From an uncultured Spirochaetota bacterium (GTDB lineage Bacteria > Spirochaetota > UBA4802 > UBA5550): DNA of 64,000 bases. Positions 61,671 to 64,000 of this stretch are shown one piece after another. Every line of letters starts with the position of its first letter. The stretch's first letter is position 1. The translations under genes were made by a program, and so were the position numbers. The stretch lies in the NCBI GenBank assembly GCA_963827275.1, contig CAWHAA010000002.1:128001-192000 (forward strand). Direction: 5' to 3'. Under the pieces are notes generated by a model. That model was not told where the DNA came from. It was given only the letters and a program-made list of their open reading frames with translations, and did no database searches.

Positions 61671-62358
61671 TTTTGACCGGCTTGCGGTCAGAGAGGGCGA
61701 CATTGCGCTGGACGCCGGGTGCGGGTTCGGGCGCCATTCGCTCGAGTTCGTCTCCCGCGGCGCGGTCGTGTACAGCATGGACATGGACATGGAGAGCCTC
61801 CGGAAGACCAGGTTCGCGCTCACGGAGATGAAAAAGCACCTCAAGGGCCGTCCGGTGCGCTATTTCGTCAATTCCGGCGACGCCCTGAACCTTCCCTTCA
61901 AGGACGGGTCCTTTGACCGCATCATCTGCTCTGAAGTGATGGAGCATGTGGCGGACGATGACCGCGCGTGCCGGGAGCTGTCCCGCGTCCTGAAAAAAAA
62001 CGGAAGGATCGCGATCACCGTCCCCACGTTTTTCAGCGAACAGGTCTGCGACGCGCTGACATATGAATACTACGCCTCGCCCGGCGGCCATATCAGGCGG
62101 TATTTCCCCGGCCAGCTCGCGGACATGATGCGGCGAAACGGGCTCGAAGTATACGGCATCGGCTTCAAGCATTCCTTCCATACGATCTGGTGGATGATCC
62201 GGAGCGTCGTCGGCCTCCATCTGGGCGATCATCCCATAACAAAGGCATACCACAGGTTTCTCCACCTCGGGCTCTATTCGAAGTTCATGCGGAGAGCCGA
62301 ATCTTTTTTCGATTATTTTTTCCCGAAGAGCGTGGTCGTGTACGCCTGGAAAAAATAG
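61657..62358 (+). CDS. Class I SAM-dependent methyltransferase
   Basis: MLTVDFDRL, DAGCGFGRH, FDRIICSEVMEH, GGHIR. Confidence 0.93.
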   Translation: MLTVDFDRLAVREGDIALDAGCGFGRHSLEFVSRGAVVYSMDMDMESLRKTRFALTEMKKHLKGRPVRYFVNSGDALNLPFKDGSFDRIICSEVMEHVADDDRACRELSRVLKKNGRIAITVPTFFSEQVCDALTYEYYASPGGHIRRYFPGQLADMMRRNGLEVYGIGFKHSFHTIWWMIRSVVGLHLGDHPITKAYHRFLHLGLYSKFMRRAESFFDYFFPKSVVVYAWKK

Positions 62359-62483
62359 CCGCTTCACGCGCACCGCTCGCACCCCCCGGGCGGCCTGGAT
62401 TATTAAAAATTACTTGCTATGTGCATCCGCGTAACGTAAGTCTGTCTTAAATTGTACCGTTTATACGCCCGTGAAGTGATCCG

Positions 62484-64000
62484 ATGAAACAATTAATAGT
62501 GATACTGTGCGCCTTCCTGCTCGCGGGGATCGGCGCCGGCGCAGCGACCTACCGTGGAAACAAGATAAACATGTTCGGCAACTCGCCCGAATCGCTGGGA
62601 AGGGGCGGAACGGGCGTGGCGTCATCCGGCGCCGAGCTGCTGTACCTGAACCCCGCCGCGATAGCCGATGCAGAGCGCATCGGCGCCGGGCTCCAGTTCG
62701 GCTCCCTGCCGCTGCCGACGCGGTTCTATGACGGCGGGCTCTCCCTTGCGGTGCCAAGCTCCTACGGGGTGTTCGGCGCTTCGTTCAGGTATATGAATTT
62801 TCCGGACCGCTTCGACTGGAAGGAAGGCTACAGCGTGAGCGTGGGCAACGCCCGCGACCTGACGAGGCGCCTTCTGCTCGGGTTTTCGCTGAGCTTCCTG
62901 TACGCGCACGACGCGGGCGACGTCGTATTACGCGGGCGGCAACATCGGGTTCATTTACAAGTTCCCGAGCACGGGAAACAGGTACGGCTTCTGCCTCCTT
63001 GACCCGAAGATAGGGCTCGCGCTGCATTTCGGGTACCCGTTCGGCACAAGCCCCCGCTATTCGGACATGAACGACGTGACCCTCGGGTATACGTTTAAAT
63101 TTTTCAGCATCCCTCATTTCAGCATCGCGTGGTACAATGACTTCACGGTCCTGAATTACCGTGAGTTCCCGGTGAAGTTCGGGCTCGAATCGGTGATATA
63201 CGATATCGTGGTGGTCAGGGGCGGGTTTGTGGTGCCGCACGCCTACAATGAGGGGACCTTCACCACGGGCATCGGCGTGCGGCTCAACACCGACAGCTTT
63301 ACGGGTTCGTTGAATTATTCGATAAATTTCTATCCGGGAATAACAATGACGCATTATCTCGGGGTGAATGTTGAAATCGGCAGGCTGGACCGCGAGCCGC
63401 CTGAGACCGCGATACGGCCCGACAAGGAGCAGATTTCCCCGAACCATGACGGCCTCAAGGACTACGTGCTGTTCCATCTCACCGTAAACGACTGGAGCAG
63501 GATCAAGGGATGGAAGCTCCAGGTCCTTGATGCCGGCGGCCAGATGGTCAAGGATTACTCGATATCCGAACGCGACCTTTCTGACCGGCTGACGGCGCAG
63601 GAATTTTTCAAACGTCTCTTTCAAAAACGCGAGTCGATGGTGGTGCCCGAAAAGGTAATCTGGGACGGGACGGACATGAAGGGGAAGAACGTGCCGGACG
63701 GCGTCTATTCATTTACGTTCAACGCATGGGACGCGCGCGACAACATAGCGGCATCTAAATCGGGGACCGTGGTAATCGATACCACGCCCCCCGAGATACT
63801 GCTGGACGGCAGCGAAGACCTTTTCTCGCCCAACGGCGACGGAAGGAAGGATGCATATGTGATCGGGCAGAGGATAAAATGCTCGCAGGACGATGAATGG
63901 ACCGCCGGATTCAGGGACCCGGCCGGGAACACCGTGAAAAAATTTAACTGGGCCGGCCCGGCGGTGCCACCCCGCGTGGTCTGGAACGGGAAGGATGATT
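62484..64000 (+). CDS. Outer-membrane beta-barrel (PorV/FadL-like) + FlgD-Ig/CHU_C-like repeat protein, with a +1 frameshift near 62916; 3'-truncated by the window edge
   Basis: Signal peptide, LGRGGTG..LYLNPA. After removing one G the frame continues through beta strands to ISPNHDGLKD, WDGTD, FSPNGDGRKD and WNGKD at the edge. Confidence 0.72.

Overview
Ordinary bacterial chromosome, moderately GC-rich with AT-rich intergenic regions and about 50 genes. I found no tRNA, rRNA, CRISPR array, prophage or IS element. A Loa22-like OmpA lipoprotein and a beta-barrel/FlgD-Ig envelope protein suggest a Leptospira-related spirochaete, and an HdrF/FadF-type oxidoreductase plus Rex suggest an anaerobe; both are inferences. 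Housekeeping content: prpE/acs, DinG-family helicase, metX-metW under a SAM-I riboswitch, nfo, ruvB, ruvA, serA/serC, rex, pyk, acpS, and a TetR-TolC-HlyD-ABC efflux operon. Most interesting loci: (1) 29.3-35.5 kb, an HpnN-type RND transporter divergent from a PhnD-like binding protein, a TatT-like TPR lipoprotein and a Zn-phospholipase C-like gene, matching the BstABC sterol-transport architecture; (2) 37.5-46.5 kb, an alpha-2-macroglobulin operon with VanW, an exported AMMECR1 protein and a SpoIID-transpeptidase fusion in place of PbpC; (3) rex-serC-serA divergent from DUF1015 with two Rex boxes between them; (4) tandem GT4 genes plus a methyltransferase. Four genes carry single-base frameshifts in short homopolymers, probably sequencing errors. 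All family calls come from motif recognition, not database searches.
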